A stretch of DNA of 64,000 nt from Tepidisphaera sp. GTDB lineage: Bacteria; Planctomycetota; Phycisphaerae; Phycisphaerales; UBA1924. Made by a program: the position numbers and the translations under genes. Of this stretch, positions 14,201-21,844 are shown piece after piece. The first letter of the stretch is position 1. Every line of letters begins with the position of its first letter. The notes under the pieces were generated by a model that worked only from the letters and a program-made list of their open reading frames with translations, was not told where the DNA came from and made no database searches. Location of the stretch: NCBI GenBank assembly GCA_050916045.1, contig CP051526.1, positions 3,680,001-3,744,000 of the forward strand. Reading direction: 5' to 3'.

Positions 14201-15699
14201 GAGCGCTGGGCGACACGGCTTCGCTCGAATCGCGCGTCGCGCTGACGCCACCTCCGGATGGCAACCTCGCCAACGCGACCATCCGGGCCGAGATGGGCAT
14301 CGCTTCGCCCCGCCTGTCGACGGCTTCGCCGATCAAGGTGGATGTGCTCGCCGACCGGATCGCGGTCACCGAGCCCGCCGTCATCAACTGGTCGGTGGAT
14401 CCGGCGTTCGCGAATCTCTTCATGACGCCCGCGCCGGTCGCGGGCAAGCCTGCCGAGCCCGCGTCGGTCCGCTTGACGCAGCCGACCACCGTCTCGGTCA
14501 ACCTCCGCAAAGCCACGTTCTCCCGGAGCACCGAGCCCGGCGACGGCATCGGCCCGCTCAAGCCCGGCATCTTCGACCTCGCCGCCGGCATCACCTCGCC
14601 GGGGATCAACCTCACCGCCAAGGACGGCACCGCGACCAAGCTCACGAGCCTTTCGCTCTCGACCGAGCGGACCGACGGCGGCCTCACGTTCAACGTCGCC
14701 GTCGCCGAAGCGCAGGCGGGCGCGGCCGCTCCGGTCGCCAACGTCAAGCTCCCGGGCGTGCTCACGGATTACGTCGACGCCAAGGGCAACTTCAACGCCG
14801 AAACCGCCCGCGTGACGGCGGTGGGCGACCTGCCCGCGGTGCCGACGATCGTGCTCGACACGCTGGCGGCCAAGGACGGCTTGCTCGTCGAGGCTTTGGG
14901 GCCGGTGACGACGATCAAGGTCGACGCCAACAAGTTCGGCAAGCAGGGCGGGGCGCTCACGGCGATGGCGACCAGCTCGCGGGCGTCGTTTGACCTCGCG
15001 GGCACGGTCGAGAACGGGCTCTTCGTCAACACGCCCACCCAGCCGATGAAGATCGGCGTGACGGAGGTGACGCAGGCGCTCTCCAACCGCGTGGTCAAGG
15101 GCCTGCCGCTCTTTGGCAAGGTGGAGAAGTCCGCCAAGGACCGCCCCGCGATGATCACGGGCTCCAACCTCAAGGTGCCCCTCTCGAACGATCTGACCAA
15201 GCTCGACGGCGACTTCCAGATCGATCCGGGCGAGGTGACCTTCGAGATCGCAGGCGATTTCGCGGACATCGTGGCCGGGCCGATCCTGGCGGCAACCAAG
15301 GGGAACGCTTCGGGCCGCGCGGGGCAGAAGCTCGCGCCGATGACCGTCAACATCAAGTCCGGCGTCGCACGCTTGCAGCGCTGGTCCGTCCCGGTGGGCG
15401 AGTTCACGGTGCAGATGGATGGGACGATGAACCTCGCGACGGGGGAGATCGACTTCGTCACGTACTTCCCGGCGGGGGCCCTCGCCCTCGAGAAGCTCAA
15501 GCTTCCCGGAGGGGCGCTCGGCTCGATCGCGGGCGATGCCCTCCGCAACACCCTCATCCCCGTCCGCACCAAGGGCACCACCGCGGCCCGCACGACAGCC
15601 GTCGACACCGATGCCGCCGCGAAGGAACTGCTCAAGGGCGTGGACCCGGGCAAGCTGATCGAGAAGGGGCTGCAGGACCTGTTCAAGCCCAAGAAGTAA
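11257..15699 (+). CDS. Large membrane-anchored AsmA/TamB-like beta-rich protein
   Basis: 1480 aa with one N-terminal TM helix after RRRRW, repetitive beta-strand-rich sequence, and C-terminal MTVNIKSGVA...MDGTMNLATGEIDF typical of AsmA-like C-termini. Confidence 0.65.
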   Translation: MSNNTGQPGDFWGVDKPADPSKPLTPADAEQPAVWTKAPEPKPRRRRWVIWTVGSGVALGVLVAAAPTVAGWLAPSVGPGFVPVKGKVTIESASFGWFSGQTLGKTIIVDDKGKEIASFQATTDVGLFGLIFGSRDLGKVRVTGSANIVRAADGSTNLQRAFKSDSVPGKAPTAGETKPPSLPPGLAIKFEGDFDVAYTDEANPKQSAKLSGLKVTAEIAAGEPLKATVRGKAEPASGPSGDIAATINLESWSEASGKLLLDTDKPKGDVSVDIGNFPTSLLAAFAPEGIDLSALGETVAVSIKGKGGTQQAEGGLTFTSANAKAKADVATRDGKIMLTAPAEVVVNGRALAGLAPQAAALTRPTPDAPTTLAALPDVTINVASLSAPLPRGGALDLRGTSATITASTSAVKGTVTSSGQKPAAFEVAAMTASVSSDDLAKGASIKAVTRATIDGKPAGVVDIDFSTGSVLDASGAPIKTIPAGFAGKAMVTGIATAILQPFLKNLPIDLNRDIGPTLDLRLTAKQGSGAQNGPFPPADLEIGIVSEQMKAAGQFTLEPGMLRTRGEGLTASSTSAARMLAAFLPASVPVTLAPAGRALFSVKDLSVPLRANNTPELSKASGSVVVSATNWAVAPKDGSSPVDVRAIETTATLAPGKPLTISSRGTMVERGKEFTLAADASVPGLLTDDPAKPVNTGALLSTIANLEIKGLPTSLARFAPTPVPAVPDPSGKLDAAPAPLTSADLESIARDAIGDTMNLWLTTSQAAGKGLTLSGSVAAERFGANLQGTVLPESVKLTEVSARSTLTPESQRGILTRLGKNPADLPELVAPATLTFAVEPITIPMVEGSLSPNLSAVRGDLIATMTASEQVLVRIAPKPGQPALGTVGIKGLKGSATLPFQIAMGTPGGRGLLKASLTGTAIRSQAGGGASGLTDVGAIAASAEGEISDRKLAGTMNVSAAIRNLATVFLDDLAGKPGYATGALGDTASLESRVALTPPPDGNLANATIRAEMGIASPRLSTASPIKVDVLADRIAVTEPAVINWSVDPAFANLFMTPAPVAGKPAEPASVRLTQPTTVSVNLRKATFSRSTEPGDGIGPLKPGIFDLAAGITSPGINLTAKDGTATKLTSLSLSTERTDGGLTFNVAVAEAQAGAAAPVANVKLPGVLTDYVDAKGNFNAETARVTAVGDLPAVPTIVLDTLAAKDGLLVEALGPVTTIKVDANKFGKQGGALTAMATSSRASFDLAGTVENGLFVNTPTQPMKIGVTEVTQALSNRVVKGLPLFGKVEKSAKDRPAMITGSNLKVPLSNDLTKLDGDFQIDPGEVTFEIAGDFADIVAGPILAATKGNASGRAGQKLAPMTVNIKSGVARLQRWSVPVGEFTVQMDGTMNLATGEIDFVTYFPAGALALEKLKLPGGALGSIAGDALRNTLIPVRTKGTTAARTTAVDTDAAAKELLKGVDPGKLIEKGLQDLFKPKK

Positions 15700-15720
15700 G
15701 CCAAGAAGTAAGTCAAGAAG
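15689..15720 (+). repeat. 12-bp tandem repeat duplicating the stop codon region
   Basis: CCAAGAAGTAAG CCAAGAAGTAAG TCAAGAAG. Confidence 0.7.
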
Positions 15721-15771
15721 GACATGAGGAAGGAGCGCTCCGCCCCCCACCCCTCTGGTACCCTGTTCCAC

Positions 15772-16572
15772 GTGACACGCTTGTCCATCGCCATCGTGTG
15801 CAAGAACAACGAGAAGACCCTCGGCGCGGTGCTCGCGTCCGTGCGCACGCTGATCGACGTTCTCGGCGGCGAGGTGGTCGCCGTCGACTCGGGCTCGACC
15901 GACCGCACGATCGCGATGCTCGAAGCCGCCGGGGCCCGCATCATCCGCTCACCCTGGCTCGGGCACGTCAAGACCAAGCAGCTCGCCCTGGACCACTGCA
16001 CCACCCCGTGGATCCTCTGCCTCGACAGCGACGAGCCCCCCACCGATGAGCTCATCCGCTCGATCATCGCCGCGCTGGACAAGGATGATCCGGCAACGCA
16101 GGCTTCCCTCGCCGGCTACCGCGTGAACCGGAAGATCTGGTACCGCGGCAGGTTCCTCGAGCACGCGTGGCAGCCGGAATGGCGGCTGCGCCTGGTCCGC
16201 AAGGGCCGCTGCCGGTGGACCGGCGAGGACCCGCACGACCGGATGGAGCCGATTGAGCGCCGCGACCGCGTGGCGGACCTCGAGGGCGCCCTGCGGCACG
16301 ATTCCTTCGAGACCTTCGCCGAGCATCTCGCCAAGCAGGTCGCCCACAGCCGGACCGCCGCCGCGAGCGCCCTCTCCGCCGGACGGACCAGCTCCCCGTG
16401 GAAGCTGATCACAAGCCCCATCGGGGCGTTCCTCAAGCAGATCGTGATCAAGCAAGCCTGGCGGGATGGGATCCCCGGCTGGCTCGCCGCGGGCTCGACC
16501 GCGGCCGGGGCCCTCATGAAGCACATGGTGATGCTGGAGGGGCGGCCGGAGCGGGACCGGTCGGGTGGGTGA
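15772..16572 (+). CDS. Glycosyltransferase family 2 (WaaE/KdtX-like)
   Basis: Motifs LSIAIVCKNNE, VDSGSTDRT, WILCLDSDE and HE-like PHDR. GTG 15772 chosen as start because TACCCT lies 7 nt upstream. Confidence 0.88.
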   Translation: MTRLSIAIVCKNNEKTLGAVLASVRTLIDVLGGEVVAVDSGSTDRTIAMLEAAGARIIRSPWLGHVKTKQLALDHCTTPWILCLDSDEPPTDELIRSIIAALDKDDPATQASLAGYRVNRKIWYRGRFLEHAWQPEWRLRLVRKGRCRWTGEDPHDRMEPIERRDRVADLEGALRHDSFETFAEHLAKQVAHSRTAAASALSAGRTSSPWKLITSPIGAFLKQIVIKQAWRDGIPGWLAAGSTAAGALMKHMVMLEGRPERDRSGG

Positions 16573-16650
16573 GGCGCTTGGGCCGTTCCGGCGTGCGAGG
16601 ATGACTTTTCGGACGTCGGGGGCCCGTGGGCCGGGGCCGTGGCCGCTTCG

Positions 16651-17049
16651 GCGACGATCGTGGGCGGCACAACAAGGGCAAAAGTCGGCTCGACGACGAT
16701 CGTGGCTGCTTCCACAACGATCATCGGCGGCACGACAAGAGCAAAAGTCGGCTCGACGACGACCGTGGCTGCTTCCACAAGAGCAAAAGTCGGCTCGACG
16801 ACGATCGTGGCTGCTTCCACAAGAGCAAAAGCTGCTTGTACAAGGACAGAAGCTGCTTGTACAAGAGCAGAAGCTGCTTGCACAGGGACAAAATCCGCTG
16901 TTGCAGGGACAGAATCTGCTTGCGCAAGACCAAAACCTGCTGTTGCAAGAACAGAATCTGCTTGCACAACGACAAAATCGGCCGCTTCCAGAACAAAACC
17001 TGCTGTTGCAAGAGCAAAACCTGCTTGCACAAGAACAAAATACACCCCC
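16651..17049. repeat. Degenerate 21-bp tandem array, 19 units
   Basis: Units in exact 21-bp register, e.g. ACAAGAGCAAAAGTCGGCTCG, ACGACGATCGTGGCTGCTTCC, ACAAGAGCAGAAGCTGCTTGC, GCAAGAGCAAAACCTGCTTGC. No indels across 399 bp. Confidence 0.92.
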
Positions 17050-17100
17050 CCGCCCCGAACGCACCCCTATCCCCCACCCCCACCCCCACCCACCCCCCCC
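17045..17100 (-). other. G-tract-rich segment (potential G-quadruplex on the minus strand)
   Basis: Plus strand reads CCCCCCCGCCCCGAACGCACCCCTATCCCCCCACCCCCACCCCCACCCACCCCCCCCC. Confidence 0.6.
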
Positions 17101-17107
17101 TTCTCCA

Positions 17108-17147
17108 TGACTTCGTGACTCCGTGACTTCGTGACTCCGTGACTTCC
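17108..17147. repeat. 8-bp tandem repeat TGACT(T/C)CG x5
   Basis: TGACTTCG TGACTCCG TGACTTCG TGACTCCG TGACTTCC. Confidence 0.85.
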
Positions 17148-17168
17148 CCACTCCCTACCCTCGGGCCT

Positions 17169-18284
17169 ATGCGCTACGCGATGATCATGGCCGGCGGTGC
17201 GGGGACGAGGCTCTGGCCGATGAGCCGCAAGGGTGAGCCCAAGCAGCTCCTCCGGTTCATCGCGCAGGGAGCCGGTGGGGGGCAGAAGTCCCTGCTTGAG
17301 ATCGCGGCCGGACGCCTCGAAGGGCTCGTCCCCGCCAAGAACCGCTACATCTGCACCGCCGAGGCGTACCGCGGGGTCATCCGCCGCGACCTGCCGGACT
17401 TCACCGACCAGCAGATCCTGGGCGAACCGATGGGCCGCGACACCGTCAACGCGGTGGGGTTCGCCGCCGCCGTGCTGCACAAGCTTGACAAGGACGCGTC
17501 GTTCGCGGTCTTGACGGCGGACCACATCATCGAGCCCGACACCGTCTTCAAGGAGCGGATGGACCTTGGGTTCAGGCTCATCGAGGCGGACCCCAGGCGC
17601 TTGGTCACCTTCAGCATCAAGCCCACGTACGCGGCGACCGGGTTCGGCTACGTCGAGCGCGGGACGCCGGTGCGGGATGTCAAGGGCGCTGAGAGCCTCG
17701 CCTTTCACGTCCAGCGCTTCGTCGAGAAGCCCGACCTCGCGCGGGCCCAGGCGTACGTCGCGAGCGGGGCTTTCAACTGGAACAGCGGGATGTTCGTGTG
17801 GAAAGCCGCGACGTTCCTTGATGCCCTGAGGAAGTTCAAGCCCGAGAGCTACGAGGGTGTGACCGAGATCGCCAAAGCGTGGGGGACGCCCAAGCAGAAG
17901 GAAGCGATCGACACGATCTATCCCAAGCTCCCCAAGATCAGCGTCGACTACGGCGTGATGGAGCCCGCTAGCAGCGACAAGGACTTCCAGATCTGCACCG
18001 TCACGATGGATGTGAAGTGGCTGGATGTCGGGAGCTGGCCGAGCTACGCCGAGACCGTCGCGGCCGACAGCGAGGGAAACCGCAGGGCGGGCCGCGGGGA
18101 AGCGATCATCGTGCAGGGGAAGAACAACCTCATCGTGACCGGAGCCCCCGGCCACACGGTCGCCTTGCTCGGGTGCGATGACATGATCGTCGTGCACACG
18201 GCGGATGCGACGCTCGTGATGCCCAAGGCGAAGGCCGAAGAGCTGAAGATCGTGCACGGCATGGTGCGCGATGAGCTGAAGTAG
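17169..18284 (+). CDS. manC: Mannose-1-phosphate guanylyltransferase
   Basis: Motifs IMAGGAGTRLWPMSR..PKQ, EPMGRDT, ADHII, TGFGYV, FVEKPD, WNSGMF, ISVDYGVME, WLDVGSW. Confidence 0.93.
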   Translation: MRYAMIMAGGAGTRLWPMSRKGEPKQLLRFIAQGAGGGQKSLLEIAAGRLEGLVPAKNRYICTAEAYRGVIRRDLPDFTDQQILGEPMGRDTVNAVGFAAAVLHKLDKDASFAVLTADHIIEPDTVFKERMDLGFRLIEADPRRLVTFSIKPTYAATGFGYVERGTPVRDVKGAESLAFHVQRFVEKPDLARAQAYVASGAFNWNSGMFVWKAATFLDALRKFKPESYEGVTEIAKAWGTPKQKEAIDTIYPKLPKISVDYGVMEPASSDKDFQICTVTMDVKWLDVGSWPSYAETVAADSEGNRRAGRGEAIIVQGKNNLIVTGAPGHTVALLGCDDMIVVHTADATLVMPKAKAEELKIVHGMVRDELK

Positions 18285-18330
18285 GGTTTCATCCACACAC
18301 CACCTTGCGTCCCGACGGGTAGAATCGTGT

Positions 18331-19023
18331 GTGGGTGCGACGCTTCGAATGCTGCGACAGTTCCTGATCGCGGTGTCACTGGGTGCGCTCTTCGGAGTTC
18401 TTGCAACCGCGGCGTGGGTCGCTTACTGCATCAGCAAAGCCAACAGAGTTCCCGCGGCCTCGAGCATCACGCTGCTCGACGGGTCTCCGGGGGTGAATGC
18501 GTTTGCCACGATCAGCGAGAATCCGTACGCGACAAGCGTCGAGATCCAGCTGTGGGCCGGCACGGCGCCGAACCCGACATTTAAAACGCTGACCTTTCGT
18601 TCGCCCGAGGTGCTTTATTCCATGAGTTTCCCCGAACCTCCCGCGGTTCAATTCGTTGGCGAGCCCCCTCCGGGCTGGGAACGCGGGCTTTCCGCACCGC
18701 TCGACACGGATCAAACGGCGTGGAAAGAGACGGTCTATGGCCGTCCGTTCCCGTGCTTTCGCGTCCGCGGCTATGTGCTTGGCAGCCCGCTCGCGGGGAT
18801 CCAAGCGAGTTGGGGCGGCGTTCCCGGCTGGAGTATCGCGTGGCCCGAGGCCGTTCGAGGCATCGTGAAGCTGGGTTGGCCCGTGACAGCGATGATCTTT
18901 GTGTTGATGCTCCTCACCGGGCCGGTGCGGCGGGGATGGCGAAGCAGGAAGGGCCGATGCCAGTCGTGCGGGTACGACCTTCGCGGATGTTTGGGTGCAT
19001 GCCCTGAGTGCGGCAACCGGTAG
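18331..19023 (+). CDS. Membrane protein with C-terminal zinc ribbon, paralog 1
   Basis: Two TM helices, WKETVYGRPFPCFRVRG, WGGVPGWSIAW and C-terminal GRCQSCGYDLRGCLGACPECG. Confidence 0.8.
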   Translation: MGATLRMLRQFLIAVSLGALFGVLATAAWVAYCISKANRVPAASSITLLDGSPGVNAFATISENPYATSVEIQLWAGTAPNPTFKTLTFRSPEVLYSMSFPEPPAVQFVGEPPPGWERGLSAPLDTDQTAWKETVYGRPFPCFRVRGYVLGSPLAGIQASWGGVPGWSIAWPEAVRGIVKLGWPVTAMIFVLMLLTGPVRRGWRSRKGRCQSCGYDLRGCLGACPECGNR

Positions 19024-19032
19024 ACTCGAGCA

Positions 19033-19836
19033 ATGGGACGCCCGGCACGTGTGATCCTGCTTGGTCTGACCGCGCTCGCGAGCGGCGCGGTGGTCGGCGT
19101 GCTCGCGACGGTGGCGGGGGTGTGGATCGCGTGCGAACGGGCGGGGATGGGTGTACCGATCGATTCGCGGCTTGTCATCATCGCAGGGGAAGAGGTGAAC
19201 GGAATCACCACGCTTGCGTATGACCGCTTCGCGGTGAGCGTGAGCGTGCACTTTCACTACATGATTCCGAACGGACAACCCTCGGTCCCCCCCTTCCTGT
19301 TCGACAGCTCCATCTCATTCCGAAATCTCGGGCGAACGCTTGAGGAATCGATGCAACAGGATTACGGGCAGACGCCGCTCTCGGTTTGGCCCGGGGGCAT
19401 GCCGCCGGTTCCCCCGACGCCGCTTCCATCGCGATGGTTCCGAGGTTTGTCGACGGCGAAAGATCCCGGGACCAGACAGTGGCGGGAGACGGTGTACGGC
19501 TGGCCGTTCCGGTGCCTGCGGGTTCGCGGGCGGACGGTGCAGGATGGACCGATGTCCCTGTCGCTGCTCCCGCCGACCTGGACGGGTGTCCCGGGCTGGG
19601 GGATCGCGTGGGGCGAGGTTGCGATCAGCACCGCAGCTCTCGGCTCGCCGGCGAGCGCTCTGGTTCTGGTGCTCATCGTGGTGAAGGGCCCGATCCAGCG
19701 TCGCCGCCGCAAACGCCGCGGGCTCTGCCCGTCGTGCGGGTACGACCTTCGCGGGGTGGCGGCCAAGTGCCCGGAATGCGGTCTTTCAGAGCCCGACGCG
19801 CCAGCGAGGGAGACGCGGCGAGGGGCTTCCGGTTGA
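19033..19836 (+). CDS. Membrane protein with C-terminal zinc ribbon, paralog 2
   Basis: WRETVYGWPFRCLRVRG, WTGVPGWGIAW, GLCPSCGYDLRGVAAKCPECG. Confidence 0.8.
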   Translation: MGRPARVILLGLTALASGAVVGVLATVAGVWIACERAGMGVPIDSRLVIIAGEEVNGITTLAYDRFAVSVSVHFHYMIPNGQPSVPPFLFDSSISFRNLGRTLEESMQQDYGQTPLSVWPGGMPPVPPTPLPSRWFRGLSTAKDPGTRQWRETVYGWPFRCLRVRGRTVQDGPMSLSLLPPTWTGVPGWGIAWGEVAISTAALGSPASALVLVLIVVKGPIQRRRRKRRGLCPSCGYDLRGVAAKCPECGLSEPDAPARETRRGASG

Positions 19837-19858
19837 CGGTGGGCATCGGTCGGCGGGA
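19768..19858 (+). repeat. 91-bp direct repeat, copy 1 (contains the REP-like 25-mer at 19786-19810)
   Basis: 88/91 identical to 20619-20709 by manual alignment. Confidence 0.9.
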
Positions 19859-19907
19859 GTGACGGCCGGGAACGTCGCTTCCTTGAAGGGTCAGGTAGAC
19901 TGCCGAG

Positions 19908-20687
19908 ATGCGAGGGGCGAAACGGCTTGGGCGGAGGTTCGCGGCCGCTTTGACCGCGGGTTTCGTGTTTGGGGTGATATCCACGGGTGCGGGTGTCTGG
20001 TGGGCGTCCAGGAACACGTCTCACGCTCTGTCGAACCAAGCCACATTGATCGCCATTTCCGGCGAGCAGGGTGCTCGCGGCGTGGCGCTCGTCATAGAGA
20101 CCGAGGACTTTGTCCGAATTTCTCTTCAACTCGACCGGGCGGGTACGTCCGGGCTCGGGATGGAAGCTCTTTCGCTTGAATCGCTGTACGCGTTGATCGT
20201 GGAAACGCGGACGCCGCCGCCCCAAACCCGTCTTCAGGATTCAGAAACGGAGGGGTTCGGGCCTGAGCCCGCGAGCCCCGAGCGACGGTACCGCGGGCTT
20301 TCAAAGCCGCAGAACACCGACGCCCCAAGATGGGAAGAAACGGTGTGGGGAAAGCCCTTTCGGTGTCTTCGCGTACGCGGTCCGATGGGAAGCAGCGGGC
20401 CGCTCCGTCTTGCAGACATCCCGACGCGCTGGGGCGGGGTCGCGGGCTGGAGCATCGCTTGGGGGGAAGCCGCGAAGAGCATCGCGGTCTTCGGGATACC
20501 GGCGGCAGCGCTGGCGATGGTGACGCCGTACGCGGCTGGATCACTTCACAAGCGGTCTCGGCGAAAGCGCGGCCAATGCGTTGAGTGCGGGTACGACAGA
20601 CGCGGAATCTCGGCAGTCTGCCCGGAATGCGGCCTTTCAGAGCCCGACGCGCCAGCGAGGGAGACGCGGCGACGGGCTTCCGGTTGA
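19908..20687 (+). CDS. Membrane protein with C-terminal zinc ribbon, paralog 3
   Basis: WEETVWGKPFRCLRVRG, WGGVAGWSIAW, GQCVECGYDRRGISAVCPECG. Confidence 0.8.
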   Translation: MRGAKRLGRRFAAALTAGFVFGVISTGAGVWWASRNTSHALSNQATLIAISGEQGARGVALVIETEDFVRISLQLDRAGTSGLGMEALSLESLYALIVETRTPPPQTRLQDSETEGFGPEPASPERRYRGLSKPQNTDAPRWEETVWGKPFRCLRVRGPMGSSGPLRLADIPTRWGGVAGWSIAWGEAAKSIAVFGIPAAALAMVTPYAAGSLHKRSRRKRGQCVECGYDRRGISAVCPECGLSEPDAPARETRRRASG

Positions 20688-20709
20688 CGGTGGGCGTCGG
20701 TCGGCGGGA
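20619..20709 (+). repeat. 91-bp direct repeat, copy 2
   Basis: Matches 19768-19858 with 3 substitutions. Confidence 0.9.
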
Positions 20710-20806
20710 CAGAGGGCGGGAACGGTGAGCCACGCGTGCCGCCGTGGGCACACTGAAGCTTGGGAGCATCTCGTCGATTCACCCTCGCTGGCGCGTCGGG
20801 CTCTGA
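20637..20806. repeat. REP/REPIN-like inverted pair
   Basis: TCAGAGCCCGACGCGCCAGCGAGGG (20637-20661) and its exact reverse complement (20782-20806), 120 bp apart, between convergent genes. It resembles, from memory, a dispersed planctomycete CCCGACGCG..AGCGAGGG repeat. Confidence 0.8.
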
Positions 20807-20810
20807 CAGG

Positions 20811-21761
20811 TCAGGCGTGCTGGCCGATGACCTTCTCCGCGTACTCGTTCATCGCGTCGCGAAGCTGCTCGAAGCTCTCAAGCACGTAGTAGATCGGCTG
20901 GAAGTGGTCGATCTCGAAGTCCGTCTCGCAGACGCGTTCGAGGTCGAAGGGGCGCCACTCGGCGACCGGGCGGGCCGTGCAGTCCGGAGCGGTCTGGCCC
21001 TTCTTCTCCCACGCGCCCTTCAGCGAGTATTCGCTTTCGGCGTGGCTGCTGACGAGGCCCGAGCCGTAGACCTTGACCTGCCCGTTCTCGCGGATCAGGC
21101 CGAACTCAACCGTGAACCAGAACAAACGGCCCAGTCGTTTGACGTGGATCGGGTCGTCGCAGCGGAGCGCGGCTTGGCCGTACGTCTGGAGGAAGTCGGC
21201 AAAGACCGAGAGCGTGTGGAGCGGGACGTGGCCGAAGACGTCGTGGAAGATGTCCGGCTCGGGGAGGTAGTCCATGACCTCGCGCGGGCGGATGAGAACC
21301 GTCGTCGGGAACTCGCGCTGGGCGAGGCAGGCGAAGAAAGCCTTCGCGGGGAGGTAGCCCGGGACGCCGTACGAAGCCCAGTTGGACTGGGCGTGCAGGA
21401 ACTTGTTGATGCCGTCGAGGCGCGTGCCGGCTTTGACGACCTTGCCGCCGGCGATCGTGATGTCCTTGCTGACGACCAGGTCATCCAGAAGCGGCAGGCG
21501 GTCGCGGGTGAGCTGCAGGATCTTCATCCCGTCGATGAACTGCCGGGAGACCTGCTGCTCGAGGAGCATCCAGCGGCGGTCGTACAGGTCGCGCCAGACG
21601 TCGTGGTCCTCGGGGGTGTAGCGCTCGTACTGCTGCGTGATGTAGAACTTGTCGGCGTCGATGTCGGAAGCGGTGCGGTTGGGAGCGTCGTCGGCGCAGG
21701 CCTGGGCGATCCGCGCTTCCTCGCTGTCGATGATGTTGTTGTACGCGATGCCGGGCTTCAT
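20811..21761 (-). CDS. phhA: Phenylalanine 4-monooxygenase (pterin-dependent aromatic amino acid hydroxylase)
   Basis: DYLPEPDIFHDVFGHVPL (iron-binding His residues), WFTVEFGL, YGSGLVSSHAE, FQPIYYV. A GGAGG ribosome-binding site precedes ATG 21761. Confidence 0.9.
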   Translation of the reverse strand: MKPGIAYNNIIDSEEARIAQACADDAPNRTASDIDADKFYITQQYERYTPEDHDVWRDLYDRRWMLLEQQVSRQFIDGMKILQLTRDRLPLLDDLVVSKDITIAGGKVVKAGTRLDGINKFLHAQSNWASYGVPGYLPAKAFFACLAQREFPTTVLIRPREVMDYLPEPDIFHDVFGHVPLHTLSVFADFLQTYGQAALRCDDPIHVKRLGRLFWFTVEFGLIRENGQVKVYGSGLVSSHAESEYSLKGAWEKKGQTAPDCTARPVAEWRPFDLERVCETDFEIDHFQPIYYVLESFEQLRDAMNEYAEKVIGQHA

Positions 21762-21844
21762 GGGTGAGCCTCCGAGTAATGGGCGGGCGGCGCCCTGTGC
21801 GAGCTCATGCAATCATAGGAAAGCCGGGCTCGGAGAGGGCGGGA

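Noticed and set aside
15689..15720. Functional significance of the 12-bp stop-codon duplication
   Set aside because: Most simply explained as local slippage; it does not alter the protein.
12412..15771. Long antisense ORFs (also 28892-31993, 40959-43697, 56555-58450 and others)
   Set aside because: These are shadow frames of real genes caused by high GC3 codon bias; the translations are Arg/Gly-rich with no motifs.
16651..17049. CRISPR array
   Set aside because: The units are contiguous degenerate 21-mers with no constant repeat and unique spacer alternation, and no cas genes are present.
19768..20709. Diversity-generating retroelement TR/VR pair
   Set aside because: The three mismatches (T/C, G/C, A/G) are not adenine-specific and no reverse transcriptase is in the window.
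18320..20806. Integron cassette array
   Set aside because: No integrase and no attC-type RYYYAAC...GTTRRRY boxes were recognised; the genes are paralogs with their own promoter-like sites.
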